From IMG/VR virus record IMGVR_UViG_3300047548_001390, positions 14,107 through 78,106 of that record: DNA of 64,000 nt; one strand, 5' to 3'. The notes under the pieces are model-generated. The model had not been told where the DNA came from. It was given only the letters and a program-made list of their open reading frames with translations, and did not search any database. The position numbers were made by a program, and so were the translations under genes. Numbering within the stretch: the stretch's first letter is position 1; each line of letters starts with the position of its first letter. Positions 54,339 through 63,712 of the stretch are shown in pieces. This stretch comes from a virus.

Positions 54339-54378
54339 ATTGTATAGAGGACTTCTTTAAAAGTCAACGCGATAAATA
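54339..54378. promoter_or_regulatory. Divergent promoters: minus-strand sigma70 early promoter (54339-54367) and plus-strand late GATAAATA (54371-54378)
   Basis: Motif matches at the boundary between the early block and the late genes. Confidence 0.65.
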
Positions 54379-54383
54379 ATCAA

Positions 54384-54962
54384 ATGGCTACCTTCACACA
54401 AATATTCGAAAAGAATCGTTATAACCTCCGGGATGTTGCACAAAAATCACGTACGTGGTTTGACCAACAGGCCAGGCTGCTGTCGCGCCAACAAATCGTT
54501 CCTCAATCGATGATGAAAGGCGATTCGAAAAGGAACACGATGCGTATTATGCCTGGTGAACTCTATATGTTCCAGTATAACGCAAAACACCAAGAAACAC
54601 TACCGTATTGGGATATGTTTCCGATGGTATTTCCGTTTCGTAAGAAGAAGGATGGGTTTATTGGTCTAAACTTTCACTACTTACCATATCAGCTGAGAAT
54701 CAGACTGTTGGATAGGTTAATGGAATTCCAGACCAACAAATCTTTAACGGAAACGACAAGGTTAAAGTTCTCCTGGGCAACTATCCAAGGAGTGTCGAGA
54801 TTTAAATTAGCTGAACCCTGCGTCCATAGATACTTGTTGACGCAGATAGAAAGTCCAATCAAAAAAGTTCACCCACAAGATTGGGCCACTGCAATGATGC
54901 TTCCTGTTGAGAGTTTTGTTGGGTCAAGTAAACAACAAGTTTGGAAAGAGTCAATTAGATGA
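54384..54962 (+). CDS. 2: DNA end protector protein gp2
   Basis: PGELYMFQY.AKH..TLPYWDMFP...GLNFHYLP...CVHRYL...W.TA.MLP. Confidence 0.92.
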   Translation: MATFTQIFEKNRYNLRDVAQKSRTWFDQQARLLSRQQIVPQSMMKGDSKRNTMRIMPGELYMFQYNAKHQETLPYWDMFPMVFPFRKKKDGFIGLNFHYLPYQLRIRLLDRLMEFQTNKSLTETTRLKFSWATIQGVSRFKLAEPCVHRYLLTQIESPIKKVHPQDWATAMMLPVESFVGSSKQQVWKESIR

Positions 54963-55585
54963 GTCTACAATCTTTCATTTCAGAAGTTCGTACTCGAGGA
55001 ATGTCTCGCACTAACCGGTATGAAGTCGTTATTCCATTTCCGGATGGTAGAGGGTCGCGTCTTGCGAATTTGTTTTGTGAAGCAACAAATCTTCCAGGAA
55101 TGAACGTTGCTACTACACCAGCTCGTACGTTTGGTGAGATACGTCAAATGCCTTATGAGAGATTGTTTGATCCTGTTAACTTGTCTTTTTATGTTGACGG
55201 AGACATGGAAGTGAGAGCAGCATTTGAGCGTTGGATTCATTTGATCTTCAACCAGACGAACAGATCGATTGCTTATTACAACGATTATGTGCGGGATATA
55301 CAAATTTATGTCAAAAACGTTGAAGATAACACTACCTATATAGTTACATTGTACGAAGCATATCCCAAATCCATTCAAACTGTACAGATGTCGGCCGATT
55401 CTCGAGAAGTGATGAAAATCCAAGTTCAAATGGAATATAAGTCTTGGAAGAGCAGCCTTTCAGCTGAGATTAATGCTCGACCCACCAATACAACAAATTC
55501 TCTCGAGTCAAACCAAGATCCTAACGCGGTTAATACGTCTACAGGATATCCGTTGACCAACCCCAATGATATTTCGACCTCATAG
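54959..55585 (+). CDS. 54: Baseplate tail-tube initiator (gp54/gp19-like)
   Basis: GMSRTNRYEV...CEATNLPG...FERW...YYNDY...LYEAYP. Confidence 0.75.
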   Translation: MSLQSFISEVRTRGMSRTNRYEVVIPFPDGRGSRLANLFCEATNLPGMNVATTPARTFGEIRQMPYERLFDPVNLSFYVDGDMEVRAAFERWIHLIFNQTNRSIAYYNDYVRDIQIYVKNVEDNTTYIVTLYEAYPKSIQTVQMSADSREVMKIQVQMEYKSWKSSLSAEINARPTNTTNSLESNQDPNAVNTSTGYPLTNPNDISTS

Positions 55586-55587
55586 AA

Positions 55588-56034
55588 ATGAGTAATGACA
55601 TGAAGATGAATCAGACACTAAACGATGTTTTTAATATAGAGGACGCTACCCCCGTTCAATTACCTGAGGTGATTGATAAAAATGGTGAAGTCATTCTTCC
55701 GGAATCAAACAGTGCAGATGAAAAGATTGAATACGATTATGAGAGAACAAGATCAAACCTCCATAGTCTTTTAGCACAAGGACAGGATGCTTTGATGCAT
55801 GCTTTGGAAGTAGCCAAGCAATCCGAACACCCAAGAGCATTTGAAGTAGTAGGAAATATGGTGAAGCAATTAGCAGATGTGAATAGTCAACTGCTTGACC
55901 TTTCTGAAAAAAAACAAAAGCTAATGACAAAAAAAGAAGAAAAGCCAGCGCAAACGGTAAACAATAATGCAATATTTGTTGGTTCTACAAGTGAACTGAA
56001 AAAACTAATCGATAATATGAACAAAGGAGACTAG
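55588..56034 (+). CDS. 16: Terminase small subunit gp16
   Basis: DYERTRSNL...SEHPRAFEV...NNAIFVGSTSEL. Confidence 0.88.
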   Translation: MSNDMKMNQTLNDVFNIEDATPVQLPEVIDKNGEVILPESNSADEKIEYDYERTRSNLHSLLAQGQDALMHALEVAKQSEHPRAFEVVGNMVKQLADVNSQLLDLSEKKQKLMTKKEEKPAQTVNNNAIFVGSTSELKKLIDNMNKGD

Positions 56035-56037
56035 ATC

Positions 56038-56751
56038 ATGGCCTTGCCGATGAACGTGATGCCCACTTATACACTGACTATACCATCAACACAGAAACAA
56101 GTTAAATTTCGTCCTTTTGTTGTTAAAGACCAAAAAGCATTGTTGATTGCTCAGGCAACAGAAGATTTAGTTGTGATGTTAGATACGGTAAAGAGTGTAA
56201 TTGAGTCGTGTGTAGTGGATAAGATTGACGTAGATAAACTAGCGTCGTTTGATATTGAATACATTTTCGCACAATTGAGAGCAGTATCAGTTGGTGAAAT
56301 GGTTGATTTGATTTTTAGGTGCGATACCTGCGAGGATGATAAAGCAATAGCAAAAGTGAGAATTGATTTAAGAGAGCTCACTGTTGAAACACCAGATGGC
56401 CACGATCCAAAGATTCCTCTATTTGATGATGTTGGTGTCATGATGAAGTATCCTAGCCTTTCTACATTGAAAGAGTTGGAGAATGCTGCAATTGATGATA
56501 TTGATGCAATGTTTAATATCACTGCAGATTGTATTGAATATATTTACACGTCTGAAGAGTTATTTTATTCACATGAGCAGTCTCGTGAAGAATTGTTGCA
56601 GTTTGTGAACAATTTGACAGCAGATCAATTTAATAAGATCGAGAATTTTTTCAGGACAATGCCAAGGTTGAGGCAGTATGTGAAGTACACGTGTCCTGTT
56701 TGTAATAAAGAACACAACAAGTATTTGGAGGGCCTCTCTAGTTTTTTTTAA
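56038..56751 (+). CDS. 26: Baseplate hub assembly protein gp26
   Basis: MALP...P.Y...PST...FRPFVVKD.K.LL...FDIEYIF..LRA.SVGE...CxxC...LEGLSSFF. Confidence 0.9.
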   Translation: MALPMNVMPTYTLTIPSTQKQVKFRPFVVKDQKALLIAQATEDLVVMLDTVKSVIESCVVDKIDVDKLASFDIEYIFAQLRAVSVGEMVDLIFRCDTCEDDKAIAKVRIDLRELTVETPDGHDPKIPLFDDVGVMMKYPSLSTLKELENAAIDDIDAMFNITADCIEYIYTSEELFYSHEQSREELLQFVNNLTADQFNKIENFFRTMPRLRQYVKYTCPVCNKEHNKYLEGLSSFF

Positions 56752-56936
56752 TGTGCCTGAGCCACGATAATTTGCACAACTTCTATAAGATGTCATTTGC
56801 TCTCATGCAGTATCACCGATACAGCCTCACAGATATAGAGCAAATGATTCCTTTTGAAAGAGAAGTGTACGTTACAATGCTTCTGCAATATCTTGAAGAA
56901 GAGAAGCAAAGATTAGAAAAACGTAGTTCAGGCTAG
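56751..56936 (+). CDS. 51: Baseplate hub assembly chaperone gp51
   Basis: FALMQYH.YSLTDIE.MIPFERE.YV..L. Confidence 0.88.
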   Translation: MCLSHDNLHNFYKMSFALMQYHRYSLTDIEQMIPFEREVYVTMLLQYLEEEKQRLEKRSSG

Positions 56937-56965
56937 AGGGTCTAGGAAGTTAACAAGGAAACAAA

Positions 56966-59278
56966 ATGCCACAGCAAGGTTTAAGATTAGAAGACATTAT
57001 CCGATCACAGGAAAGAATGGCAGCACAGGGAGATAAAACTGCAGCTGCTACTATCCAACGTCTTCAGGAAATGGAACGCACACTTAAAGCCGATCATGAA
57101 CTTAGTAAACAAGATAGACTACTTCAAGCTGTGCAAGTGTATGAAGCGGTAAAAGCTGATAAAGACGATGACCGAATTGCAGATGCAACAGAAAAGACGG
57201 CTGAAGAAGTTGAAAAGGTAAACAATAACGTTGCTAAACTTGCACAAGCAATTAAAGGTGCTGTTGCAGGAGAGGTGGTTGCGGCTCCGGAAGGTATGCA
57301 AGCGGTTCCAGCTAAAAAAGTTGCACAAGCCACAGCAGAAGTAGATACATCTCGGACAAAGGGTCCTTTGGAGGGATTCAAACAACTTGGTTCACTGAAA
57401 GGTTGGTTTGACGTTTCTGGTCCAAGTAGAGGAATGCTAGATGACATTATTCGTCGTCGTATTGCTAAAACTGAATATACTGGAACACAACAAGACACAA
57501 CAGGTGCTAGTAAAGAATTAGCTGAAAAGAGGTACGCCTATACTGACAAGCTAAAGAAACAAGCTGAGGATATTAAATCCCGAATAGAAGTTTATAAAGG
57601 TCAAGGTCTTTCTGAAGAACAAATTCAAAAGACAGATGCATACAAACAGCTTCAAACTGTACAAGGAAAAATTGCAGTAGCTGATCCTTTAGTCCGTGAA
57701 CGTGTGGCTGGAACTCTTGCTGCTGCAGCAGGAGCAACCAAAGAGACGTTCCAAGCTCCTTTAATTGCTACTCGCGAAGCCAAAATGGATTTACTCGGTG
57801 GAACAGAAGAGCAACAAATGGAACAGCAGAGGATGTGGCAAGAGGAGCTTAATCTTCTTGTTAAGATCGAAGAGAACACTCGAGTGTTTGCTACTGTTGC
57901 GGAAAAGCTTGACAAGATCGGAGCTAAACTAGGCGAAGCTGGAGCAGGGGGCGGCGGAGATGGTATTGACATCTTAATGCCTCCAGGTGGTGGTAAAGGT
58001 GGCAAGCCTACACCCAAACCCAAAGCAGGTGGTCGATTTGGCAGACTGATGAAAGGCGTTAGAGGTGCTCCTGGAATTGGAACAGCATTAGCTGTGGGTG
58101 CAGGTGCATATGAGGCGTACTCAGGATGGACAGAAGCGAGTTCAGAAGAAGAACAAAAGCTAAAACAAATTGAACGGCTTGAAGCATCTGGACAAATTAC
58201 TCCTGAACAAGCTGCAGCTGCAAAACAAGAAGTGGTAGATGTCACTGATGTGAAACAAGCTGAGGCTGTTGGTGGTGGTGTTGGTACTGCTGCTGGTGCT
58301 GTTCTCGGTATGAAAGCTGGTGCAACGCTTGGTACATTTGTTGGAGGTCCTGTCGGAACCGTTGTCGGTGGAGCTATCGGAGGTGTAGTCGGTGCTGTGG
58401 CTGGATCTAGTGTTGGACAGGACATTGCTCGTTGGGGTGCAAAAGGGTGGCAAGCAACGAGAGACTTCTTTGGCGGTAAGAAAAAAGAGCTTCCAGTCAA
58501 AGCAACGGAAAAGCCAACTTTTTTTCAGCTAAGAGGTGAAGACGAAACTATTAACGCTCGGGTAAGTGAAGCTGATTTTGCCAAAAATGATCCTGAAGGG
58601 TTTGAGCTGTACAAAAAGTTCAAGGATGAACAGGCTGAGATTGTCTACAAACAAATCAGAGAGCAGCAGAAAAGAGATTATGGAAAGAACGCTGATCAGC
58701 CTGGGTTAGAACAAGAAGCAAGAGCGGCAGCCGAATCTACAGCTAAAGAGCAAGCTGTTCTAAAATTCAGGAAGCAGATTGAGGCAGCAAATGCTGGTTA
58801 TGTAAAAATAAGTAGCGCTAATGGTCAACCAACTGACACATCGACTTTACAGGCAGACACCACTCAACCACCCACTGAGCACGTTGCCAGAGGCGTAGTT
58901 GAACCCATGCCTGTTGATGGCATAGAAGACACCGTTCCGATTAGAATTAATGGTCAAGAAGCTGGTACAATGGGACCAGAAGGGATTGTAGCTCAGCCTG
59001 GCCAGGAACAGGTACTAAAGGCAGCTCAAGCTCAAGCTCGTGAAATAGCTACACCAGGTACGGCTGTTCCAGCAACTCCAGCAGTAGGCGATATGGTATA
59101 TACTCGATCAGAGGAAAATGCAGCTGCGGCAGCAACACCACCAGCAGCTCCATCTGCTCCTGTTGTAATTAATGCTCCAACAAATGTACAGCAGACGTCT
59201 AACTATGGAACAAAGAGCCCTCCGCGTAACACGGAGAGCTCTTATCAACAGTACAACAGGGCAAGATATTCGTTCTGA
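56966..59278 (+). CDS. Baseplate hub/tape-measure-like protein (gp29-like)
   Basis: Follows gp26-gp51; helical Ala/Glu/Lys-rich with a glycine-zipper segment and C-terminal VVINAPTN motif. Confidence 0.6.
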   Translation: MPQQGLRLEDIIRSQERMAAQGDKTAAATIQRLQEMERTLKADHELSKQDRLLQAVQVYEAVKADKDDDRIADATEKTAEEVEKVNNNVAKLAQAIKGAVAGEVVAAPEGMQAVPAKKVAQATAEVDTSRTKGPLEGFKQLGSLKGWFDVSGPSRGMLDDIIRRRIAKTEYTGTQQDTTGASKELAEKRYAYTDKLKKQAEDIKSRIEVYKGQGLSEEQIQKTDAYKQLQTVQGKIAVADPLVRERVAGTLAAAAGATKETFQAPLIATREAKMDLLGGTEEQQMEQQRMWQEELNLLVKIEENTRVFATVAEKLDKIGAKLGEAGAGGGGDGIDILMPPGGGKGGKPTPKPKAGGRFGRLMKGVRGAPGIGTALAVGAGAYEAYSGWTEASSEEEQKLKQIERLEASGQITPEQAAAAKQEVVDVTDVKQAEAVGGGVGTAAGAVLGMKAGATLGTFVGGPVGTVVGGAIGGVVGAVAGSSVGQDIARWGAKGWQATRDFFGGKKKELPVKATEKPTFFQLRGEDETINARVSEADFAKNDPEGFELYKKFKDEQAEIVYKQIREQQKRDYGKNADQPGLEQEARAAAESTAKEQAVLKFRKQIEAANAGYVKISSANGQPTDTSTLQADTTQPPTEHVARGVVEPMPVDGIEDTVPIRINGQEAGTMGPEGIVAQPGQEQVLKAAQAQAREIATPGTAVPATPAVGDMVYTRSEENAAAAATPPAAPSAPVVINAPTNVQQTSNYGTKSPPRNTESSYQQYNRARYSF

Positions 59279-59279
59279 T

Positions 59280-59480
59280 TTATTGGTGGACCTTTCTGAT
59301 ATCACCCTCGTCTAACAGCACACGCTCTCGCACGACGCCAAAGATCTCTACTGGCTGGTCCAGCTTGACAGTGTGCTGGACAACTCCACCATACTTCACC
59401 CGACTGGACTCCACAGTTCCCTCCACCAATGCCTCACCAACGTAGAGTCCAGTCACACGCTTGCCTTCTAGATCCCACAT
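59280..59480 (-). CDS. Conserved phage hypothetical protein
   Basis: W.LEG..V.G.Y...V.G.V.SSRVKYGG.VQHTV.L; GAGG RBS. Confidence 0.7.
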   Translation of the reverse strand: MWDLEGKRVTGLYVGEALVEGTVESSRVKYGGVVQHTVKLDQPVEIFGVVRERVLLDEGDIRKVHQ

Positions 59481-59490
59481 ACCACTCTCC

Positions 59491-59832
59491 TCAAACAGCC
59501 TTGATCACGTTGTAGTAGTACGTCGTGGCACCACTTTTTGACATTTGAAGCTTCTCCATAAAGAGACCAATCAAGTTGTCACGTGAGAGCTTCATGTTCT
59601 CTTTGTACAATTCAATAGCACGTTGTTGCTTCGTGGGTTGACCTTTCACACGAGGAGCACGTGCTGCACGGGGAGTCTTGATTGTAGTTGCAGTAGGCTT
59701 TTTAGTAGCTTTCGGCATTTTAACAATCTTTTCACGATACACATGCAACATACGACCATCTTCAGTCTGAACCATTTCAACGACTTGGGTGCGTTGCTTG
59801 TTTTGAGTAGCGAGGTCTTTGTCAAAAGTCAT
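59491..59832 (-). CDS. Basic early protein, possible DNA-binding C-terminus
   Basis: Lys/Arg-rich; L.MSK.GA.TYYYN; downstream of promoter TTGCCC-N17-GATAAT (59863-59891). Confidence 0.65.
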   Translation of the reverse strand: MTFDKDLATQNKQRTQVVEMVQTEDGRMLHVYREKIVKMPKATKKPTATTIKTPRAARAPRVKGQPTKQQRAIELYKENMKLSRDNLIGLFMEKLQMSKSGATTYYYNVIKAV

Positions 59833-59893
59833 TTTATATCTCCGTTTGTTCACTGTAAGTACATTATCCCAAATAAAACAATATTGGGCAACA

Positions 59894-59933
59894 GGAAAAC
59901 CACCGCACGGTTAGTGGGGTGGTTTCTTTTTTT
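59894..59933 (+). terminator. Hairpin with a T-run (possible terminator)
   Basis: AAACCACC...GGTGGTTT followed by CTTTTTT. Confidence 0.45.
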
Positions 59934-60115
59934 ACAGCGCATGATATCAAGACATTCGAGACGGATCGTCCTCAGGATTTCTGCCCTGTTGTAGCCCGCG
60001 GGCTTTCCTAAACAATTCTTTAGCTTGAAATGCAAGGGAAATTGCAAATCCAATCACGATCAAGAACAGTAAGAAAAACAGAGCAGTTTCAATATTCCAA
60101 TACATAATATTCCTT

Positions 60116-60140
60116 AAGAAAAGGCCCCGAAGGGCCTCTT
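60116..60140 (-). terminator. Intrinsic terminator with cUUCGg tetraloop after gene 32
   Basis: AGGCCC-TTCG-GGGCCT-TTTCTT. Confidence 0.85.
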
Positions 60141-60142
60141 CC

Positions 60143-61072
60143 TCAGTCTTCGTTGGCGATCGAATCGAAGTACGCCATCATATCCTCGTCATCATCCTCA
60201 TTCAAACCTGGTGCAGGCTTGGATTTGGCTTGAGGAGCTGGCTTAGCTTTTGCTACGGAAGCTGCCCGCACGGGAGCAACCTCTTCTTCAGACACGTCCT
60301 GAGCAGTGATCGAGACAGGTGAACCAGAGAGCACTTGCTCGAGTTTGGTCTTCAGCTCATCGTACGACTTGAAGTTCTTTGGATCTAGGAACTCGGAGAG
60401 CTTGTGTTGTTGGTTAGCGATCGCCAAGATCTCGTCATCGTCATCTGCAACAGGAGAGGGAGACTCGAATTCAGACGCGTCATAGTTAGGATATCCATCG
60501 ACATTCTTCATACGCAGCTTGAAGTTAGCACCTTCCCAGTAGTCGAACACGTTGACAGGATCCTGATCCTCGAACGTTGGGCGAGCCTTGTCCATGATCT
60601 TGTCGAAGATCTTCTTGCCAAACTTAAAGAGGAACACCTTACCGTTATTCTCTGGATGCTTGGGATCATTGATCACCAGAATGTTCGACACGTAGTTGAG
60701 CTTACGCTTCTGAGCACGAGCTTGCTTACGAGCTGGACTGTTGTCGTCAGTAGAGCTGTTCCACAGACGCATATTCAACTCACCAACTGGATCTTGCTGA
60801 CCAATAGTCGTCAAGCTGTTCTCAATATACCAACGGCCTGTTGGACCCTTGAAACCGTGAGAGAAGATTTTAACCCAGGGAAGTTCATCACCCTCAGTGC
60901 GAGCTAGGAACCTGATCGTAGCAGAAGCATTACCAGCCTTATCACGCTCTGGCTTCCAGAAACGAGTGTCCTCGTATGATTTTGCACCTTCGGGATTTGC
61001 CATCTTTTCGATTTCAGATGACATCTTAGAAAAGTCATTGTTGCGCATTGCACGCAGTTGTTTAATATCCAT
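60143..61072 (-). CDS. 32: Single-stranded DNA-binding protein gp32
   Basis: D.RFWKP..DKAGN..A.IRFL, HGFKGPTG.WYIENSLTT and FKFGKKIFDKI motifs; acidic C-terminal tail. Confidence 0.97.
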   Translation of the reverse strand: MDIKQLRAMRNNDFSKMSSEIEKMANPEGAKSYEDTRFWKPERDKAGNASATIRFLARTEGDELPWVKIFSHGFKGPTGRWYIENSLTTIGQQDPVGELNMRLWNSSTDDNSPARKQARAQKRKLNYVSNILVINDPKHPENNGKVFLFKFGKKIFDKIMDKARPTFEDQDPVNVFDYWEGANFKLRMKNVDGYPNYDASEFESPSPVADDDDEILAIANQQHKLSEFLDPKNFKSYDELKTKLEQVLSGSPVSITAQDVSEEEVAPVRAASVAKAKPAPQAKSKPAPGLNEDDDEDMMAYFDSIANED

Positions 61073-61127
61073 AATGTTTCCTTTTATATAAACGTAGTAT
61101 TAACGGAGTATTGCGATGTATAGATAA

Positions 61128-61346
61128 TCAAGAGTCCTTCTCACTTGTTATATTTAGCTCGATCTCATCAGTGATCTCTACTTCATCATCAAAAAAATCA
61201 CCATCGTCTTCATCGTACACATTGTTGACGATCTTCATGCCACCAGACTTACGTCCACTAGCATGGTTGGAACGCTTGCCTGCACGTCCCTGTCTGCGCT
61301 CATCATCGAACTTGGAATTGCCGTGATGGCGAAATGTCTTACCCAT
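61128..61346 (-). CDS. Small basic/acidic hypothetical protein
   Basis: MGKTFR...; lies between gp59 and gp32. Confidence 0.65.
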   Translation of the reverse strand: MGKTFRHHGNSKFDDERRQGRAGKRSNHASGRKSGGMKIVNNVYDEDDGDFFDDEVEITDEIELNITSEKDS

Positions 61347-61410
61347 TACTCAAAAATCCTCTAACAGAACAGTAATAAAATTATAGCAGCTCATATAATT
61401 AAAATCCACT

Positions 61411-62004
61411 TTATGCATATGCAAAGTTTGTCACCGGTTGAAAAACTGTTTGAGTAGTATCCTCGTGGAATCGTTTGTACACCTTTTCCACCTTACTCAT
61501 ATCAAAGTGAATAAACTTGCGTGACTTTTCAAGAATGAGTATCTCGTCGTTGAACATCAAATTCAAGTGACCAATAGACTTGAGTTTGTTGAACGTATCC
61601 TCAAACTCATTAATGATCACCATAAACTCAAGCGTCACCTCATTTCTTAGATACATCTGGATGAGGTGGCTGGGTGTTGTACAACCAGCTGTTGTCAAGT
61701 CTTCTTCAAAGATCCTCGTGATAGACTGACGACGTCGATTGTATTCCTTATAAAACTTCTCACCATCATCACTGTACACAAAGTTGGGATTGTGGTACAT
61801 AAAGTTAGCTGCAATGAATTTAATTAACTCACGTTCATTTGTGCACTGCTTAGCTAATCGTTCGAACAATAAGCGATCGTTACGTTGATTAAATGTTTCA
61901 TGAGACCCTTTCACTCGTCCTCGATTGAGGAACACATCAAACTTCGGATTGGTGAAATGCAATTTGATTGCAGTGAATAATTTGAATGCTCTAAAGCCGT
62001 CCAT
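61411..62004 (-). CDS. 59: Helicase loader gp59
   Basis: F.A.KLF.AIKLHFT...FD...RND...F..LA; order 33-59-32. Confidence 0.85.
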   Translation of the reverse strand: MDGFRAFKLFTAIKLHFTNPKFDVFLNRGRVKGSHETFNQRNDRLLFERLAKQCTNERELIKFIAANFMYHNPNFVYSDDGEKFYKEYNRRRQSITRIFEEDLTTAGCTTPSHLIQMYLRNEVTLEFMVIINEFEDTFNKLKSIGHLNLMFNDEILILEKSRKFIHFDMSKVEKVYKRFHEDTTQTVFQPVTNFAYA

Positions 62005-62005
62005 T

Positions 62006-62245
62006 TTATACGTCCAGTTTAGCTTGCCTTGGGAGATAGTTTAGCTCTCGGAAATCGTTCTCAATCTTCTCCTTGAGAGACTTATTTACCTTAGAAGCAA
62101 TGTCGCTTGGTTCAATCATATGATCAGCACAATACTTGAGAATCGCATCCAGGTGAGATAGTTTAAGTTCCACTGCCATCTTTTCAATGTGAAGAGAGAA
62201 CTCGTTTGAGGTCTTAAATACTGGTAGATCGTTCATATTGTCCAA
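62006..62245 (-). CDS. 33: Late transcription co-activator gp33
   Basis: FS..IE.......LDAIL.YC....IEP.......LKEKIE.....LNYLP. Confidence 0.88.
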   Translation of the reverse strand: MDNMNDLPVFKTSNEFSLHIEKMAVELKLSHLDAILKYCADHMIEPSDIASKVNKSLKEKIENDFRELNYLPRQAKLDV

Positions 62246-62471
62246 TGTAGTAGTCGGTAGTTCTAATCAGGTGTTCAACCTCATTATAATCTTTTAACAT
62301 CTCACGATATGTAATCCAGTTATCATCTCCAACATTCTCATCTGAAAGCTCAACCGAATCCAAAAATACGGAAAAGAACCTATCAAGTTTCATCTTCTGA
62401 ACGATCAAATCATTTTTGATCTCTTGAAGTTTATCGTATGATGCGCTGCTGATTTCTTGGAGCGTAATCAT
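62214..62471 (-). CDS. Hypothetical protein
   Basis: Coupled ORF. Confidence 0.6.
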   Translation of the reverse strand: MITLQEISSASYDKLQEIKNDLIVQKMKLDRFFSVFLDSVELSDENVGDDNWITYREMLKDYNEVEHLIRTTDYYIGQYERSTSI

Positions 62472-62875
62472 TTTTTGAACGGTTTAGTTGTTGATTCAAA
62501 AAAATCTTCGCTTACTTTAGGCATGGAATTCCAGTCGTGTCTAGGATCTGGATCAGATACTTGAGCTGTTGGGTATCTTCCGTTATCTCCGAAAATGATT
62601 CCATGAGGTGTTAATGTTGGAGCATTATTTGTCCATGGATCTTTGTAATCAGACAATGTAGTGTCTTGATCTGCGGATCTTTGACTATCTGGTTCCCAAC
62701 TCTGCTCATCACAATAGTCTCGAAGATCTTCCCAAGAAACCTGGAACCCACAGCCATTAATAAAATCGACAAAGCGATCTACAATCTCCCACCAGGTTGG
62801 ATCGCTTTTGGTGGTATCAATCACGATGTGCGTTTTACCGTTTTCGTCCTGACGTAAAAATTCAATTGTGTCCAT
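62468..62875 (-). CDS. Hypothetical protein
   Basis: F.DF..GCGF motif; AAGGA RBS. Confidence 0.65.
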   Translation of the reverse strand: MDTIEFLRQDENGKTHIVIDTTKSDPTWWEIVDRFVDFINGCGFQVSWEDLRDYCDEQSWEPDSQRSADQDTTLSDYKDPWTNNAPTLTPHGIIFGDNGRYPTAQVSDPDPRHDWNSMPKVSEDFFESTTKPFKK

Positions 62876-62884
62876 AATATTTCC

Positions 62885-63712
62885 TTAAGTCCAAAGTCCA
62901 CGACGGATTCTAATCAATTTGATGAGCATTTTTTCATCCTCTTTCCAGTACCGTTCTTCCATTTTATGGATGAGATTCAGCATGTGGTCAACCTTTGCTT
63001 GCTCCTCTTCTGTTCTAGAGGCGCGTGACAACCAGCTAAGTCTATCTCCATCACTCTCACGTGATGTGCAGTAAGCAGTCCACCCACTTGCATCGTAAGG
63101 ATCAGGCCGATTGGGTCTCACATTCTTCCACCAATTATACAGCACTTTGATGTCTTTAGCAACAAGAGCTTGAGGAGTGAGTTCACCAAGATGAGGGTTA
63201 TCTGTATTTACTTCGTTTTCTGTGTAACGTAGCTCACTTGCCCAATCCAAGTAATCCATTGCTGCCTCGATATTGCGATGGGTCCTCCAACGGAACCAAC
63301 CAACAGACCAGAAAGGAGCCTTGTACTTTTTACGAGCTTCCTCATCCCAACGAAAGTTAGCGGCAGCAAGCTCAATCTCAACAAAGTTAACAAGCTCATC
63401 GAACAAGCAGTGAAGAATTCTATCCTCAAACTCATGCCACTGACCTTTCTTAAGGTTACTGGTAAGAGCATGAGTCTTACTGACAAACCGATTATTGATC
63501 CAGTACTTGAAATCATAAACCCGATCAATAGGCCACATGACGAAGTCTTGAACGTAATCCAATCCTTCCTCTGCAATCCAGAAACGAATAGGGTGAGCTG
63601 ACTTGGCGTTCTCATCCCATTCACGCCACTGTTCACTGGTACCAGCAAGAATCTTTTTGGTTCCTCTAAGCCAGTCTGCAAATTTACTACACGACCAATA
63701 TTTGGATCTCAT
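62885..63712 (-). CDS. Conserved Trp-rich phage hypothetical protein
   Basis: YWSCSKFADWLRG...LFDELVNFVE.E...LY.WW...RP.R.DP...LIRIR..LWT. Confidence 0.75.
   Translation of the reverse strand: MRSKYWSCSKFADWLRGTKKILAGTSEQWREWDENAKSAHPIRFWIAEEGLDYVQDFVMWPIDRVYDFKYWINNRFVSKTHALTSNLKKGQWHEFEDRILHCLFDELVNFVEIELAAANFRWDEEARKKYKAPFWSVGWFRWRTHRNIEAAMDYLDWASELRYTENEVNTDNPHLGELTPQALVAKDIKVLYNWWKNVRPNRPDPYDASGWTAYCTSRESDGDRLSWLSRASRTEEEQAKVDHMLNLIHKMEERYWKEDEKMLIKLIRIRRGLWT

Noticed and set aside
57119-58500. Long antisense ORFs within the gp29-like gene, and similar ones in gp5 and gp32
   Set aside because: These are shadow frames of strongly biased coding sequence.
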